Below, in pieces: positions 1 to 10,531 of a stretch of 64,000 bases of DNA. The notes beneath the pieces were generated by a model that saw nothing but the letters and a program-made list of their open reading frames with translations, had not been told where the DNA came from and did not search any database. Positions within the stretch are counted from its first letter, which is position 1, and the number at the start of each line of letters is the position of its first letter. Both the position numbers and the translations under genes were made by a program. This DNA comes from Candidatus Forterrea multitransposorum CG_2015-17_Forterrea_25_41 (GTDB taxonomy: Archaea > Iainarchaeota > Iainarchaeia > Iainarchaeales > CSSED10-239), in contig CP045477.1 of assembly GCA_009392915.1 (NCBI GenBank), forward strand, positions 320,001 to 384,000. Reading direction: 5' to 3'.

Positions 1-458
1 CTAAAAAAGAGGTGTTTTTTGTGCTTTTTTTAACCTTTTTAAGGGATTTGATTTAAGGGAAAAATGTGCTAAAAAATATGTTCTAAATAGGGTAGGGTAT
101 TTGACCACTAAATGCCCTGTTTTTAAGGGGTTTTGATGGAGTTTCTTAAGATCTTTAAAAAAAGTAGATTTTTTAGTGTTTTTTTACAAAATTTATTTAA
201 TAAAAATATATTTTTTGAAAAATCTGTTTAAATTGTAAAAATTATAAGATTATAAAAAAATTTAATTATGAAATATTTGTATTAAAATTTGATGGAAATT
301 AATTGTCCAATATTTAATGAATTTATAAAAATAATAGTTTTTTTATAGATTAAAAAAATTATTTAATATTATTAAAAATAAAAATAATGTGATTTTAGAA
401 GTAACTCTATATATACATAACGATGTAATAGTATTTCATATAATCATCCTCTTTAAAA

Positions 459-875
459 TTATTTAAAAGGATTAATTACCTTTATTTCTTTGATTTTTTT
501 AAAAGTTTTGTAATCTTCAGTATATATTGTTTTAATGTTGTTTTCTATCATAGTTTGAGCTAGTAATGCATCAAAAAAAGGTATTTTCTTATTATAACTT
601 ATATTAATTGCATCTAATATACTGTTTTTATTATATTCTACAATATTAAATAATGTTTTTATTTCAGTTATATAAGTTTCTAGCTCTTTTTTTGATATTT
701 TTAATTTGTTTATAGAAATATTTGTAAATTCCATTATTGTCTGTATACTTATGTAGCATTCTTTTGTATTAGCAAATTTATCTATTATGTCTATTGCTTT
801 TTCTTTATTTTTACTATTTACTAAAAAATACGCATTTAACAAGATATTAGTATCTAATAATATTTTTTCAGTCAT
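459..875 (-). CDS. PIN-domain protein (VapC-like toxin)
   Basis: N-terminal 'ILLDTNILL' acidic PIN motif; 138 aa. Sits immediately downstream of a small RHH-like ORF with a 12-nt gap. Confidence 0.55.
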   Translation of the reverse strand: MTEKILLDTNILLNAYFLVNSKNKEKAIDIIDKFANTKECYISIQTIMEFTNISINKLKISKKELETYITEIKTLFNIVEYNKNSILDAINISYNKKIPFFDALLAQTMIENNIKTIYTEDYKTFKKIKEIKVINPFK

Positions 876-886
876 ATTATTCCTCT

Positions 887-1129
887 CTATTTATAATAAT
901 TATCTCTATTTTTTATTTGATTTTTATTTATTTTTTTAGTGTTTTTTTTCAATTTATTAATTAGATTTTTCTTAAGATCGTCTCTACTATTTTCTAGATT
1001 ATTTAGTGCTTTAATAATTGTTTTACTTATAGCATCTTTTCTATTTCCATAGTGTATTTTTGCAGAATCTCTAAGTAATTTTTCAGAATCGTTGTCTAAA
1101 GATATTGTAATTACACCCATAATTTCCAC
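887..1129 (-). CDS. Small RHH/CopG-like antitoxin (VapB-like)
   Basis: 80 aa, directly upstream of the PIN gene on the same strand. N-terminal beta-strand then helix pattern typical of RHH antitoxins. Confidence 0.4.
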   Translation of the reverse strand: MEIMGVITISLDNDSEKLLRDSAKIHYGNRKDAISKTIIKALNNLENSRDDLKKNLINKLKKNTKKINKNQIKNRDNYYK

Positions 1130-1446
1130 CTTATTTTTATTATACCGAAAGTGATTTTTAACAATTATATTTACTATGAAAAGGTTTTTAAATCTATTTA
1201 TTATTTAGTTTAATATTTAAATATATTATTATTTAAATAAACAATTATTTAATAATTTTATAAAATATTTTTGTCCAACAAAAATAGTTTTTTTTATTAA
1301 AATGTTTTTTTATAATTTGATATTTTTTTCTTAATTTATTTGATATTTTTTTTACAAAATATTAATCTTTTTTTATTTAGTGGTTTACTTTTTTAAATGA
1401 CACTACTTATAGAAACTTTTTTAAACTTATAATACTAAAAATATTT

Positions 1447-2250
1447 ATGTCATTAAACTTAGAATTATTTTTAAATGATCTTCCTACAAATATCTCTGAA
1501 AAGCAAGGTATTTATGAATATTTTAAACTATATGCTGTAGAACCTTTTAATAAATTTAATAAAGAACAAACAAAATTTATTTTAGATAAATATAAAGATC
1601 CTTTAAAACTTGAAAAAGCTTTAAAAATAATGATAAATCTACCTAAATCTCTTTCTTTTAAAAATTTAATTAAATCTACTGATTATAATTTAAATTTTAG
1701 AGAAAAATTTAAAGAATTAAATCTAAGAAAAGATTTTAAAATTAAAGTTTCAAGTTATAATTCTCCTCATAATTTTTTTAATGGTACTCAATACGACATG
1801 TATTTTAAAAATGAAGTTATAGGTAATTTTAATTTTATTTTTACTTATGAAAAAAATAATTTAACTTTAAGATTAAAATATATGCAAGGTGTAAAAGGAA
1901 AAGGTAGCCAATTAAGTTCTCTTTCATCAAGATTAAATCAAGACTGGATGTCAAGATTATTAATTTTTTTAAAAAAATATTCTGAAGCTAAAAAAATTAA
2001 TTATGTTTTTGAAATACCTCCTAAATATACTACAGCTAATGAAAAGGTTTATAGAAAATATGCTTTTGAAAATTATTTAAAAAGATATTTAGATAATAAT
2101 ATACCAATATCTAAAATTGATTTTAAAAATGTACCTAAAGAATATCTTCCTGAAATTAAAGAAATAATTAATTCTAGAAAACCAAAAAAAACTATACCAA
2201 GACTTTTACTTAAAACTAAAAGAAATTTGCGTAAATTTCAAAAAAAGTAA
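1447..2250 (+). CDS. Hypothetical protein
   Basis: 267-aa ORF, K-rich, no motif recognised. Confidence 0.3.
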   Translation: MSLNLELFLNDLPTNISEKQGIYEYFKLYAVEPFNKFNKEQTKFILDKYKDPLKLEKALKIMINLPKSLSFKNLIKSTDYNLNFREKFKELNLRKDFKIKVSSYNSPHNFFNGTQYDMYFKNEVIGNFNFIFTYEKNNLTLRLKYMQGVKGKGSQLSSLSSRLNQDWMSRLLIFLKKYSEAKKINYVFEIPPKYTTANEKVYRKYAFENYLKRYLDNNIPISKIDFKNVPKEYLPEIKEIINSRKPKKTIPRLLLKTKRNLRKFQKK

Positions 2251-2309
2251 GCTTTTTAAACATTTTTTAACTATATATAGTTATAGTAAATAATAGGTTT
2301 AGATAAAAA

Positions 2310-2732
2310 ATGAAGCAAGAAGTTAGAATTCTTTTAGGATTATTAATATTTTATTTAATGTATGTTCTACTTGTAGACTTTACAAAGCTTTCAAGTATAC
2401 CTTTAGTAATAGTTGCAGGTATTTTTTTAATTTTTTTATTCTTACCAGATATTTCAAATGAAAATAATATGATAAATAAAAATCAAAAGAATATTTCTAT
2501 TTTATTATTTATAGCAGCTATTTTAGTTTTTATTACAACAAAGCTTCTTTTAATACCTTTAATAATTATAGGAAGTATATTTATTTTAGTATTTTTAACA
2601 ACAAGTCCTGGAATTTATAAGTCTTTAACAACTGGACTTTATTTGTCAGCTCCATTATTTTTATTAAGCCCTTTTTATTTTCTATTTGCTTTCTTAGGCT
2701 TTCTAACATTCTGGATATCTTCAAGAATTTAA
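2310..2732 (+). CDS. Small integral membrane protein
   Basis: 140 aa with about 4 hydrophobic TM segments. Confidence 0.4.
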   Translation: MKQEVRILLGLLIFYLMYVLLVDFTKLSSIPLVIVAGIFLIFLFLPDISNENNMINKNQKNISILLFIAAILVFITTKLLLIPLIIIGSIFILVFLTTSPGIYKSLTTGLYLSAPLFLLSPFYFLFAFLGFLTFWISSRI

Positions 2733-2743
2733 AATAGATTAAA

Positions 2744-3232
2744 ATGATAAATTATAAAAGATTTATTGATTCAGAAATTAATAATATATCTGAAAACGAT
2801 TTCAAAAATATTTTTAAAATAAGTGATAGACAATTTAGTAAGGACTATTTCTTAGATAAATTTAATAAAAAGAAAAGTTTTTTTAAACCAATTTCAAACT
2901 ATTTGTATCTAGCATATAATGATAAAGAATTAGTAGGATATTTATTTGGAGAAAAAAGAAAGTCAAATTTTAAAATTAAGTGGATGGGAGTTAGTGAAAA
3001 ATATCTTAATCAAAAAATAGGTTTAAAAATAAAAATAAGAGTGCTTTCTGATTTAAGAGTTAGTGGAATTAAACAAGTAATTTCTCAAGCACATACAGAG
3101 CAAATAAAAAATTTAAATGACAAAATAATTAAAAGGAAAGGTAAAACTCATTATCAATTAACTGAAGAAAAATCAAAAAATAGTGCTTTTAAATATAGAT
3201 TTTTTAGTAAATTTAAAATTAAAAGAAAATAA
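2744..3232 (+). CDS. Hypothetical protein
   Basis: 162-aa ORF, no clear motif. Confidence 0.3.
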   Translation: MINYKRFIDSEINNISENDFKNIFKISDRQFSKDYFLDKFNKKKSFFKPISNYLYLAYNDKELVGYLFGEKRKSNFKIKWMGVSEKYLNQKIGLKIKIRVLSDLRVSGIKQVISQAHTEQIKNLNDKIIKRKGKTHYQLTEEKSKNSAFKYRFFSKFKIKRK

Positions 3233-3239
3233 TTTTTAT

Positions 3240-3947
3240 TTAACCTTTAAGATATTTTAGTCTTTCTTTTTCTTCAAACCTTTCAATAGAATATCTAAGC
3301 ATAGTCCTTGGCATTTCTTTAAAGTGCTTATCTAAAAAATTAGTTTCTTCTTTTAAATCTCTATTTCCAATCTCTCTTAGCATCCAACCAACAGCCTTAT
3401 GGATTAGATCTTCTTTATCTCTTAAAAGTAGCTTAGAAATTTTTAAACTGTCCAAGAAATAGTTCTTTTTAATAAAATAAAAAGTAGAAATAATAGCAAT
3501 TCTTCTAACAAACAACTTCTCTGACTTTACCCATTTGTAAAGAATTTTTCTTTTTGAAGGATTTTCAAACAAATACCACCCTATAATGTTTGGAGCAGAA
3601 GAGTCAACTAAGTCCCAGTTGTTAACCTTATCTATATTCTTAACATAATAGCGATAAATCTCATCCCTTCCTTTCTTATCTTCAATTTCAAACCTATAAA
3701 CCATTAAAAAAAGAGCTACTTGTCTATGTTCATGCACTTTTGAAGAGATAAGGACACTCAAGTCAGTGATTTTAATTTCTTTAAAGTATTTTTTAGCAAT
3801 ACTTCTTTGTGAAGGAACAGATAACCCTAAGAAAATATCCCCTTCTCCATAATCTCCTTTACCAGTCTTAAAGAATCTTTGAAAGTTAAGACTTTTTTCT
3901 GGATCATAAAAAGAGTCTATTTCTTTTTTAATTTTTTTAACATCCAT
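3240..3947 (-). CDS. DNA alkylation repair enzyme (AlkD/AlkC-like HEAT repeat)
   Basis: Motifs 'NNWDLVDSSAPNIIG', 'HKAVGWMLREIG' and 'MPRTMLRYSIE' match the DNA_alkylation family pattern. Confidence 0.65.
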   Translation of the reverse strand: MDVKKIKKEIDSFYDPEKSLNFQRFFKTGKGDYGEGDIFLGLSVPSQRSIAKKYFKEIKITDLSVLISSKVHEHRQVALFLMVYRFEIEDKKGRDEIYRYYVKNIDKVNNWDLVDSSAPNIIGWYLFENPSKRKILYKWVKSEKLFVRRIAIISTFYFIKKNYFLDSLKISKLLLRDKEDLIHKAVGWMLREIGNRDLKEETNFLDKHFKEMPRTMLRYSIERFEEKERLKYLKG

Positions 3948-3950
3948 AAT

Positions 3951-4919
3951 TTATCTTTTAATAATTTTTTCTAATAAACAAAACATTTTATTTCTAACAT
4001 TTATTTTACTATCATAAATATTTATTCTAGAAATATTTGGAAGATATTCAGATCTATTTTCAGAGCAAGCAACTTTATATAATTCCTCAATCCATTTACT
4101 TGCATACCTTTCGTTTACAAGCAGCTGATACCTTGTATTAAGTTCATAGTCATCCAATATCCTTCCTTCACTTCTTTTTTCTCTAAATTTAGTATACTCT
4201 TCTATTTCCCATTTTTCAGGTCCACAAACAATAAATAAATCTGTAGGAGGATATTTAAATGCAATTTTATGCCCAGGAAGAGATATATAGTCTTTTAAAG
4301 AAACTCCACTTTGGTTATATTTTTCATCATATATTTGATAGCAAGCGGATTCTTCAGATCTACTTCTTACAATAATTTTATTATGATCTCTTAATATTTT
4401 TCTAATTCTATAAAATTCATCTATTCTATATGCTTGGTGTAAAAGTACAGCTGAATAAGAATCATGTGTAGGGTAATTAGTTTCTAGAAAATCAAAAGAA
4501 CTTCTATTTTGTTCAATAACTCTATTTGTTTGTCCTGCACTTCTTTTAGAAGGTTCTTCTAATATCCAAACATCTGCAGAATCAGGATTAATATATGTAG
4601 TCACTTTATTTTTTTTAAAAGATCCTACAAGTAAGTCATTATTTCTATTATATCCAGAAAGTAAATAATAGATTTCAAATAATAATTTACTTTTATCTTC
4701 GTCTTTGATTTTTTTTGATTTTAAAAATTCTTTAAAAGATATAAATTCTTTATTATATTCTTTAAAAATTTCTGCATGAAATAATAAATCAATTTCAGTC
4801 CCTCTTAAGTCTTTTACAATATAATTTTTACTTTTAAAAAAATCAATTGTATCTTGAATTTGTGTACTTGTACCAGACATATCTGGCCCACATATAACAA
4901 TATCAGTAAATAATTTCAT
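3951..4919 (-). CDS. P-loop NTPase, thymidylate/deoxynucleoside kinase-like
   Basis: N-terminal Walker A-like 'ICGPDMSGTSTQ'; 322 aa. The family assignment is weak. Confidence 0.3.
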   Translation of the reverse strand: MKLFTDIVICGPDMSGTSTQIQDTIDFFKSKNYIVKDLRGTEIDLLFHAEIFKEYNKEFISFKEFLKSKKIKDEDKSKLLFEIYYLLSGYNRNNDLLVGSFKKNKVTTYINPDSADVWILEEPSKRSAGQTNRVIEQNRSSFDFLETNYPTHDSYSAVLLHQAYRIDEFYRIRKILRDHNKIIVRSRSEESACYQIYDEKYNQSGVSLKDYISLPGHKIAFKYPPTDLFIVCGPEKWEIEEYTKFREKRSEGRILDDYELNTRYQLLVNERYASKWIEELYKVACSENRSEYLPNISRINIYDSKINVRNKMFCLLEKIIKR

Positions 4920-5258
4920 ATAAATTTAGTAGATGATAATGTTTTTATATAAATGTTATTTATGTAGTAAATACTTTCTTAAAAAGCTTTAAATATTTCA
5001 AAAACCATAATATATATATGCTTTTGACTCTTACTTTAATTTTCTTAAAGAGAAAGATAAAGGAGGTGAAAAGAACTGACTAAACAAGGCTTTTGATGTT
5101 TCTCTTTTGTTTGAAAAGATAACCTTATTAATTATTCTTCTAAAATCTATTGAAAGTTTTCTAAAAGAACTTTATTCTTTAAGTGCTTTTATGTTATATT
5201 TAATTGCAATAGCTCTAATATTAATATTATATCTTTTATAGATTGTTAAAGAAAAAGG

Positions 5259-5816
5259 TTAATTATTCATTGGCATTTTAAATAATTTATTAAGTGTGTT
5301 ATTTCCTTTTCTTAATACTTGATAAAATTCTTTCAAATTTTCTGTTTTTTGTGATTCTTTTAAAATAGCTAAAAATGTTTTTTCAAAAACTGTATTCACT
5401 TTGAAAGTACTTTGTAATGTTAGACTTTTTAAAAGATTAATGTCTATACTTCTTTGTGATTTTGGAATTGCTTCCATTTCTTGAATAAAATATTTGGTGT
5501 ATATTGTCATTTCTTTTTGTTTCATATAAAAATTATTAATTGCTTCTATTTGATCGAATGATCTTTTATAATAATTTTGATCATATTTTAAATTATTTAA
5601 TCTTGTATTTAATAAATTAATATTAAAAATAGATTTTGTATGTTCAATCATTTCAGGATTATTTTTATATTTTTTAAGATTTGTTCTATATTCTTTTAGT
5701 ATATTAAAAAATTCATTATAAGAAATTTGTTTATCTACTTTTACATCTTTTTTAATTCTTTCTTTAATTTTTCTTAAGTTTTGTTTCTTTAAAACACTTC
5801 TATTATTTGGTTTCAT
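5259..5816 (-). CDS. Hypothetical protein
   Basis: 185-aa K-rich ORF. Confidence 0.3.
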   Translation of the reverse strand: MKPNNRSVLKKQNLRKIKERIKKDVKVDKQISYNEFFNILKEYRTNLKKYKNNPEMIEHTKSIFNINLLNTRLNNLKYDQNYYKRSFDQIEAINNFYMKQKEMTIYTKYFIQEMEAIPKSQRSIDINLLKSLTLQSTFKVNTVFEKTFLAILKESQKTENLKEFYQVLRKGNNTLNKLFKMPMNN

Positions 5817-5831
5817 AATTTTAGCACACTT

Positions 5832-6317
5832 TTAATTTAATTTAGGATCTTTTGGTTTATATTTTTTTTCAATTTTTTCAATAAAAGAATTTAATAGTGG
5901 TTCAATTTCTTCAATAAATTCTATTTTTAATCCTTTTCTTGATAATTGTTTAAGATCTTTTATATAATCATTAATAAAAGCATCATGATATTTTTCTTTA
6001 AAATTTGGTTCTGAAGAAATAAATTTAGATGTAAGTATTTCTTTTGATTTACTTAAAAAAATATCATTAGATATGTTTATTAGATTTATATATTTTTTAG
6101 TGATTTTTTTTGCATTATCTGCATTTTTAAATCTACCATTACTATATAATACTCTAAGTCTTGAATCTAGAATATTTAAATTTGTTTTTTCTTTTAAATA
6201 TTTAATATCAATTTTATTAGATAATTTCCCTAAAAATGTTTTATATCTTGTAATATTTGGATTAAATTTTTTCTTTGTTGCAATTTTAATATTTTTTGAA
6301 ACCATAATTCGCACCAT
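5832..6317 (-). CDS. Hypothetical protein
   Basis: 161-aa ORF adjacent to the previous one on the same strand. Confidence 0.3.
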   Translation of the reverse strand: MVRIMVSKNIKIATKKKFNPNITRYKTFLGKLSNKIDIKYLKEKTNLNILDSRLRVLYSNGRFKNADNAKKITKKYINLINISNDIFLSKSKEILTSKFISSEPNFKEKYHDAFINDYIKDLKQLSRKGLKIEFIEEIEPLLNSFIEKIEKKYKPKDPKLN

Positions 6318-6414
6318 ATATTTTATTAATATATTAAATAGTAAAACAAAAAGTATTTTAAACCTAATTATACAACATTAATTTGCAAATATAAAAATAA
6401 GGGGTTTTTATAAT

Positions 6415-7761
6415 ATGTATGATGTAATTATTGTTGGCGCAGGACCTGCTGGTCTTTTTTCTGCTTTAAAGTTTTCACAAAAAAATAAAAATTTAAAAGT
6501 ACTTTTAATAGATAAAGGTAATTTAGTTGAAAATAGACAAAAAACAGAAGTTATGAATGGTTTTGGTGGAGCTGGAACTTTTTCTGATGGAAAATTACAT
6601 TTTACACCTGTTCTTTCTCATGAGAAACTTTTACATCTCTATACAGTTTCAGAATACCAAGAATATTTAGATGCTGTTGAAAAAATATTTTTAGATTATG
6701 GAGTAAACCCAGAATACTATCCAAAAGATTTATCAAAAGCAAAAGATTTAGTTGATAATGCTGAAAGAAACAATATTAAACTATTTATTAGAAAAACTTT
6801 ACATGTTGGAACAGATAAACTTCCAAAAATTATTAAAAAAATGCAAGATGATATTTTAAAAAGTAATATAGAACTTTTACCAAATACAGAAATTAAAGAT
6901 TTAATTATTGAAAATAATAAAATAAAAGGTGTAGTTACAAAAGAAAATAAAGAAATTTTAGGTAAATATGTAATTTGTGCACCTGGAAGATATAATGCTT
7001 CCTGGATTGAAAAAATTACAAATAAATATAATATCAAAACTGTTTATGATAAAATAGAAGTTGGTGTAAGAGTTGAGTTTCCTGCCTCAATTAACAACGG
7101 TCATTCAGAATTAATGTATGAAACTATTTATTCACTTTATACAAAAACTTTTGATGATGTTGTTAGAACTTTTTGTCCATGTCCAAAAGGTTTTGTTGCA
7201 ATTGAAGATTATAAAGATTATGTTTGTGTAAATGGTTATTCAAATTCTAATAATGATGGTAAAAATTCTAATTTTGCATTAGTTGTAGAAGTTGCTTTAA
7301 CAAAACCTTTAGAATCTTCTAGAAAATATGCAGAATTTATAGCTCAAGGTGTAACTCTCTTAGGAGCTGGTAAACCAATTATTCAAAGATTTAAAGATTT
7401 AAAACAAGGTAGAAGATCAACTCCTGATAGAATATTAAAAGCACATATAGAACCTTCTTTAAAAGATGCTATACCTGGAGATATTGGTATGGCAATGCCT
7501 TACAGAATCACTAAAAATCTAATAGAAGGTATTGAAGCTCTTTCAAAAATTTTACCAGGTCTTGATGGAGATTCAACTTTTTTATATGCCCCAGAAGTTA
7601 AATTTAGATCTACAAAAGTTTTTACAAATAAGAAATTAGAAACAGAAATTGAAAATTTATTTATGGCAGGAGATGGTGCTGGAGTTTCAGGAAATATTAT
7701 CGGAGCTGCAATTTCAGGTATTATTGCCGCAGAAGGAATTATTAGTAAGGAATTTACCTAA
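6415..7761 (+). CDS. FAD-dependent dehydrogenase (COG2509-like)
   Basis: N-terminal Rossmann 'DVIIVGAGPAGLFSA'; 448 aa; C-terminal 'FMAGDGAGVSGNIIGAAISG'. Confidence 0.7.
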   Translation: MYDVIIVGAGPAGLFSALKFSQKNKNLKVLLIDKGNLVENRQKTEVMNGFGGAGTFSDGKLHFTPVLSHEKLLHLYTVSEYQEYLDAVEKIFLDYGVNPEYYPKDLSKAKDLVDNAERNNIKLFIRKTLHVGTDKLPKIIKKMQDDILKSNIELLPNTEIKDLIIENNKIKGVVTKENKEILGKYVICAPGRYNASWIEKITNKYNIKTVYDKIEVGVRVEFPASINNGHSELMYETIYSLYTKTFDDVVRTFCPCPKGFVAIEDYKDYVCVNGYSNSNNDGKNSNFALVVEVALTKPLESSRKYAEFIAQGVTLLGAGKPIIQRFKDLKQGRRSTPDRILKAHIEPSLKDAIPGDIGMAMPYRITKNLIEGIEALSKILPGLDGDSTFLYAPEVKFRSTKVFTNKKLETEIENLFMAGDGAGVSGNIIGAAISGIIAAEGIISKEFT

Positions 7762-7805
7762 CTAAATAATTTATTTTAAAAACTAATAATAACAATTGAA
7801 TATAT

Positions 7806-8429
7806 ATGACTGAAGAAAAAATATTAATTGATAGAGAAACTTTAAAAGCTATAGCTTCAGATACAAGATTAGATATTTTGAAATCTTTATCTAAGAGGAA
7901 AAAAACTCTTTCAGAGTTATCAAAAGTATTAGATTTAAAAAGTCCAACAATTAAAGAACATTTAGATCATTTAATTAATTCTAATTTAGTTTTAAAAGAA
8001 GAAACAGAATCTAAATGGAAATATTATTCTTTAACTGATAAAGGTTCAAAATTAATTAAACCAAGAGAAATAAAAGTCTTAATTTCTTTTGTAGTCTCTT
8101 TCATTTCTACATTAGGCCTTATTGGGTTATATTTAATTAAATATGTTTTTTCTTCATCTAAATCAATGATGGCTTCTTCAGATTCTATTGCATCAGACAT
8201 GATAATGTCAAAATCAATTGAAGAAACAATAATGGATACAGCCTCTCAAACAGTTTCACAAGAAATTTCACAAGCACCTCCAATGATTATTTCTAATACT
8301 TCAAATAATACAGAAATATTAATGATAATTGCTATTGGTATTTTATTATCTTTAACAGTATTTTCATTAATCTTATTAATTAAAGATAAACAAAAAAGAA
8401 AAAAAGAATGTGTTTCTGTTATTGATTAA
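7806..8429 (+). CDS. ArsR-type HTH regulator fused to a C-terminal transmembrane anchor
   Basis: N-terminal 'IASDTRLDILKSLSKRKKTLSELSKVLDLKSPTIKEHL' is a winged-HTH ArsR pattern. Two hydrophobic segments follow (residues ~95-115 and ~170-195). Confidence 0.5.
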   Translation: MTEEKILIDRETLKAIASDTRLDILKSLSKRKKTLSELSKVLDLKSPTIKEHLDHLINSNLVLKEETESKWKYYSLTDKGSKLIKPREIKVLISFVVSFISTLGLIGLYLIKYVFSSSKSMMASSDSIASDMIMSKSIEETIMDTASQTVSQEISQAPPMIISNTSNNTEILMIIAIGILLSLTVFSLILLIKDKQKRKKECVSVID

Positions 8430-8511
8430 ACATTTTTTAAAAACAAATATTTATAAATTCTTTCTTCTTATTTATAATTAGTTAAATAATTATTAAGAGG
8501 ATTGATGTAAT

Positions 8512-8775
8512 ATGGATTTTTGGGTAATGTTAGGTCTTACTTTAATTGTTTTTGGATGGATGATTCAATTACTTGAAGTTTGGGAGCTTGATAAAAAATT
8601 AAATATTTGGTTTATTTTTTTCTATGCTTTAGGTTCAATTTGTTTAGTTATTGATGGTTTTATGACAAGAAATTTAGATATTGCTTTATTAAATATTTTA
8701 GCAGTTATTTTTTCAGGTCTAATTTTTGCAGTAATTCTTTCAAATTCTACAAAAAAGAAAACTAAAAAAAAATAA
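8512..8775 (+). CDS. Small membrane protein
   Basis: 87 aa, 3 hydrophobic helices. Confidence 0.3.
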   Translation: MDFWVMLGLTLIVFGWMIQLLEVWELDKKLNIWFIFFYALGSICLVIDGFMTRNLDIALLNILAVIFSGLIFAVILSNSTKKKTKKK

Positions 8776-8784
8776 AGATTAATA

Positions 8785-9144
8785 ATGATTCCAGAAATAA
8801 TTAAAGATACAGAATATGTTGTTTCTGGAATCACAGATATTTTTGTAAAGGCAATAACAGGTATTGTTTTAGCTTTTATATTTTTAATATTTAGTAGATA
8901 TTTAGATGTTGTATTTGGTGTTTATTGGCTTTCAAATCATTATATCTTTTTATTTGGAATTATTATTTTTAGTTTTTATCATATTTTTGTAAATTATAAG
9001 CAATTCACAGCCTATTATTTATTAGGTTGGATTCTTGGTATTTTTGGTATGGTTGTAATAAATCTTATTACAACTTCTAAAGCTTTAATATATATTGCAA
9101 TTCCTTTAGTTGTTCTTGCAATAAAAAGATTATTATTTCATTGA
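8785..9144 (+). CDS. Small membrane protein
   Basis: 119 aa, 4 hydrophobic helices. Confidence 0.35.
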   Translation: MIPEIIKDTEYVVSGITDIFVKAITGIVLAFIFLIFSRYLDVVFGVYWLSNHYIFLFGIIIFSFYHIFVNYKQFTAYYLLGWILGIFGMVVINLITTSKALIYIAIPLVVLAIKRLLFH

Positions 9145-9204
9145 TTTTAACCAAAATTATTAAATACTTTTAGTTTTATATTTAATATATAAAAATGATC
9201 ATTT

Positions 9205-10521
9205 ATGAAAAATCCATTACAGTTTATTAAAAAAAGTTCTATTACAGAAAGAGCAAAAAGCATAAGTCATCTTTTACACAATAAATTATATTTAAAAGTA
9301 TTAATTGCTTTATTTTTTGGTATTTTAGTTGGATTTATTTTAGGACCAACATTTGGTTTTGTTTCAACAGATATTTCAAAGATTATAACTGAATGGCTTG
9401 CTCTTCCAGGATATGTTTTTTTAAGTTTAATACAAATGATTGTAATTCCTTTAATTTTTGCATCAATAATAAAAGGTATTGCTTCTAATGAATCTTCTTC
9501 TAAATTAAAAAAAATAGGATTATCTATTACAATTTATTTTATAATTACAACTGTAATTGCAATAATAATTGGAATTGGTGTTGCAAATATTATTCAGCCA
9601 GGAAAATATATAACTTCTGATCAAATTTCAGCAATTAATGTTGATGGTTCTCAAGAAGTTGTTACCACTGAGATGCCAAAAATTGAAAAAATTCCTGAAA
9701 TGATAGGAGATATTTTTCCAAAAAATGTTTTAAGTTCTATGCTAAAAGGGGATATGCTCCCTATAGTTATTTTTTCAATAATTTTTGGTATTGCCTTAAT
9801 TAATCTTAAGAAAACTCAATCAAAACCATTACTTGATGTTTTAAGTTCTATTCAAGATGTCTCAATAATGATTGTTAAGTGGGCTATGGTTCTTGCTCCT
9901 TTAGCAGTTTTTGGACTTATGGCAAAAATTAGTAGTCAGTTTGGGATAAGTACTCTTGTAGGTTTAGGTGTATATATTTTAACAGTAATGCTTGGTTTAA
10001 TATTATTAATTTGTGTTTATTTATTAATAGTTTATTTTTCAACAAAACAAAAACCATTTACTTTTTTAGGAAAAATATCAGAAGCACAATTACTTGCTTT
10101 TTCAACTTCAAGTTCAGCTGTAGTAATGCCTTTATCAATTAAGACTGCTGAAGATAATTTAAAAATTAGAAAATCTATTTCACAATTTATAATTCCTTTA
10201 GGAACAACAATTAATATGGATGGAACTGCTCTTTATCAAGCAATTGCTACAATTTTTTTAGCACAAGTTTTTGGTATTGAAATTAGTTTTTTAGCTTTAG
10301 TTTTATTAATTGTTACAATTGTAGGTGCATCTATTGGAACTCCAGGAACTCCAGGAGTTGGAATTGTAATTCTTTCAATGGCTTTAACAACAGTTGGCGT
10401 ACCATTATCAGGAATTGCTTTAATAATTGGGGTTGATAGAATCCTTGATATGATGAGAACTACTGTAAATGTAACTGGAGATTTAACAGCAGCAACTTTT
10501 ATAAATAAATTTATTAAGTGA
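9205..10521 (+). CDS. Dicarboxylate/amino acid:cation symporter (DAACS, GltP/GltPh family)
   Basis: Hallmark 'NMDGTALYQ' motif; about 8 TM plus reentrant loops; 438 aa. Confidence 0.85.
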   Translation: MKNPLQFIKKSSITERAKSISHLLHNKLYLKVLIALFFGILVGFILGPTFGFVSTDISKIITEWLALPGYVFLSLIQMIVIPLIFASIIKGIASNESSSKLKKIGLSITIYFIITTVIAIIIGIGVANIIQPGKYITSDQISAINVDGSQEVVTTEMPKIEKIPEMIGDIFPKNVLSSMLKGDMLPIVIFSIIFGIALINLKKTQSKPLLDVLSSIQDVSIMIVKWAMVLAPLAVFGLMAKISSQFGISTLVGLGVYILTVMLGLILLICVYLLIVYFSTKQKPFTFLGKISEAQLLAFSTSSSAVVMPLSIKTAEDNLKIRKSISQFIIPLGTTINMDGTALYQAIATIFLAQVFGIEISFLALVLLIVTIVGASIGTPGTPGVGIVILSMALTTVGVPLSGIALIIGVDRILDMMRTTVNVTGDLTAATFINKFIK

Positions 10522-10531
10522 TAATTAAAAT

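Noticed and set aside
1-160. GC-richer first 160 nt (gggtagggtatttgaccactaaatgccctg...)
   Set aside because: No convincing secondary structure, tRNA-like fold or ORF found. It may be the edge of a feature that lies outside the window.
4920-5258. Possible C/D-box sRNA or small ORF in the 340-nt intergenic region
   Set aside because: 'GAUGAUA' is an inexact C box with no properly spaced D box (CUGA) or terminal stem. The only ATG-initiated plus-strand frame there is 8 codons.
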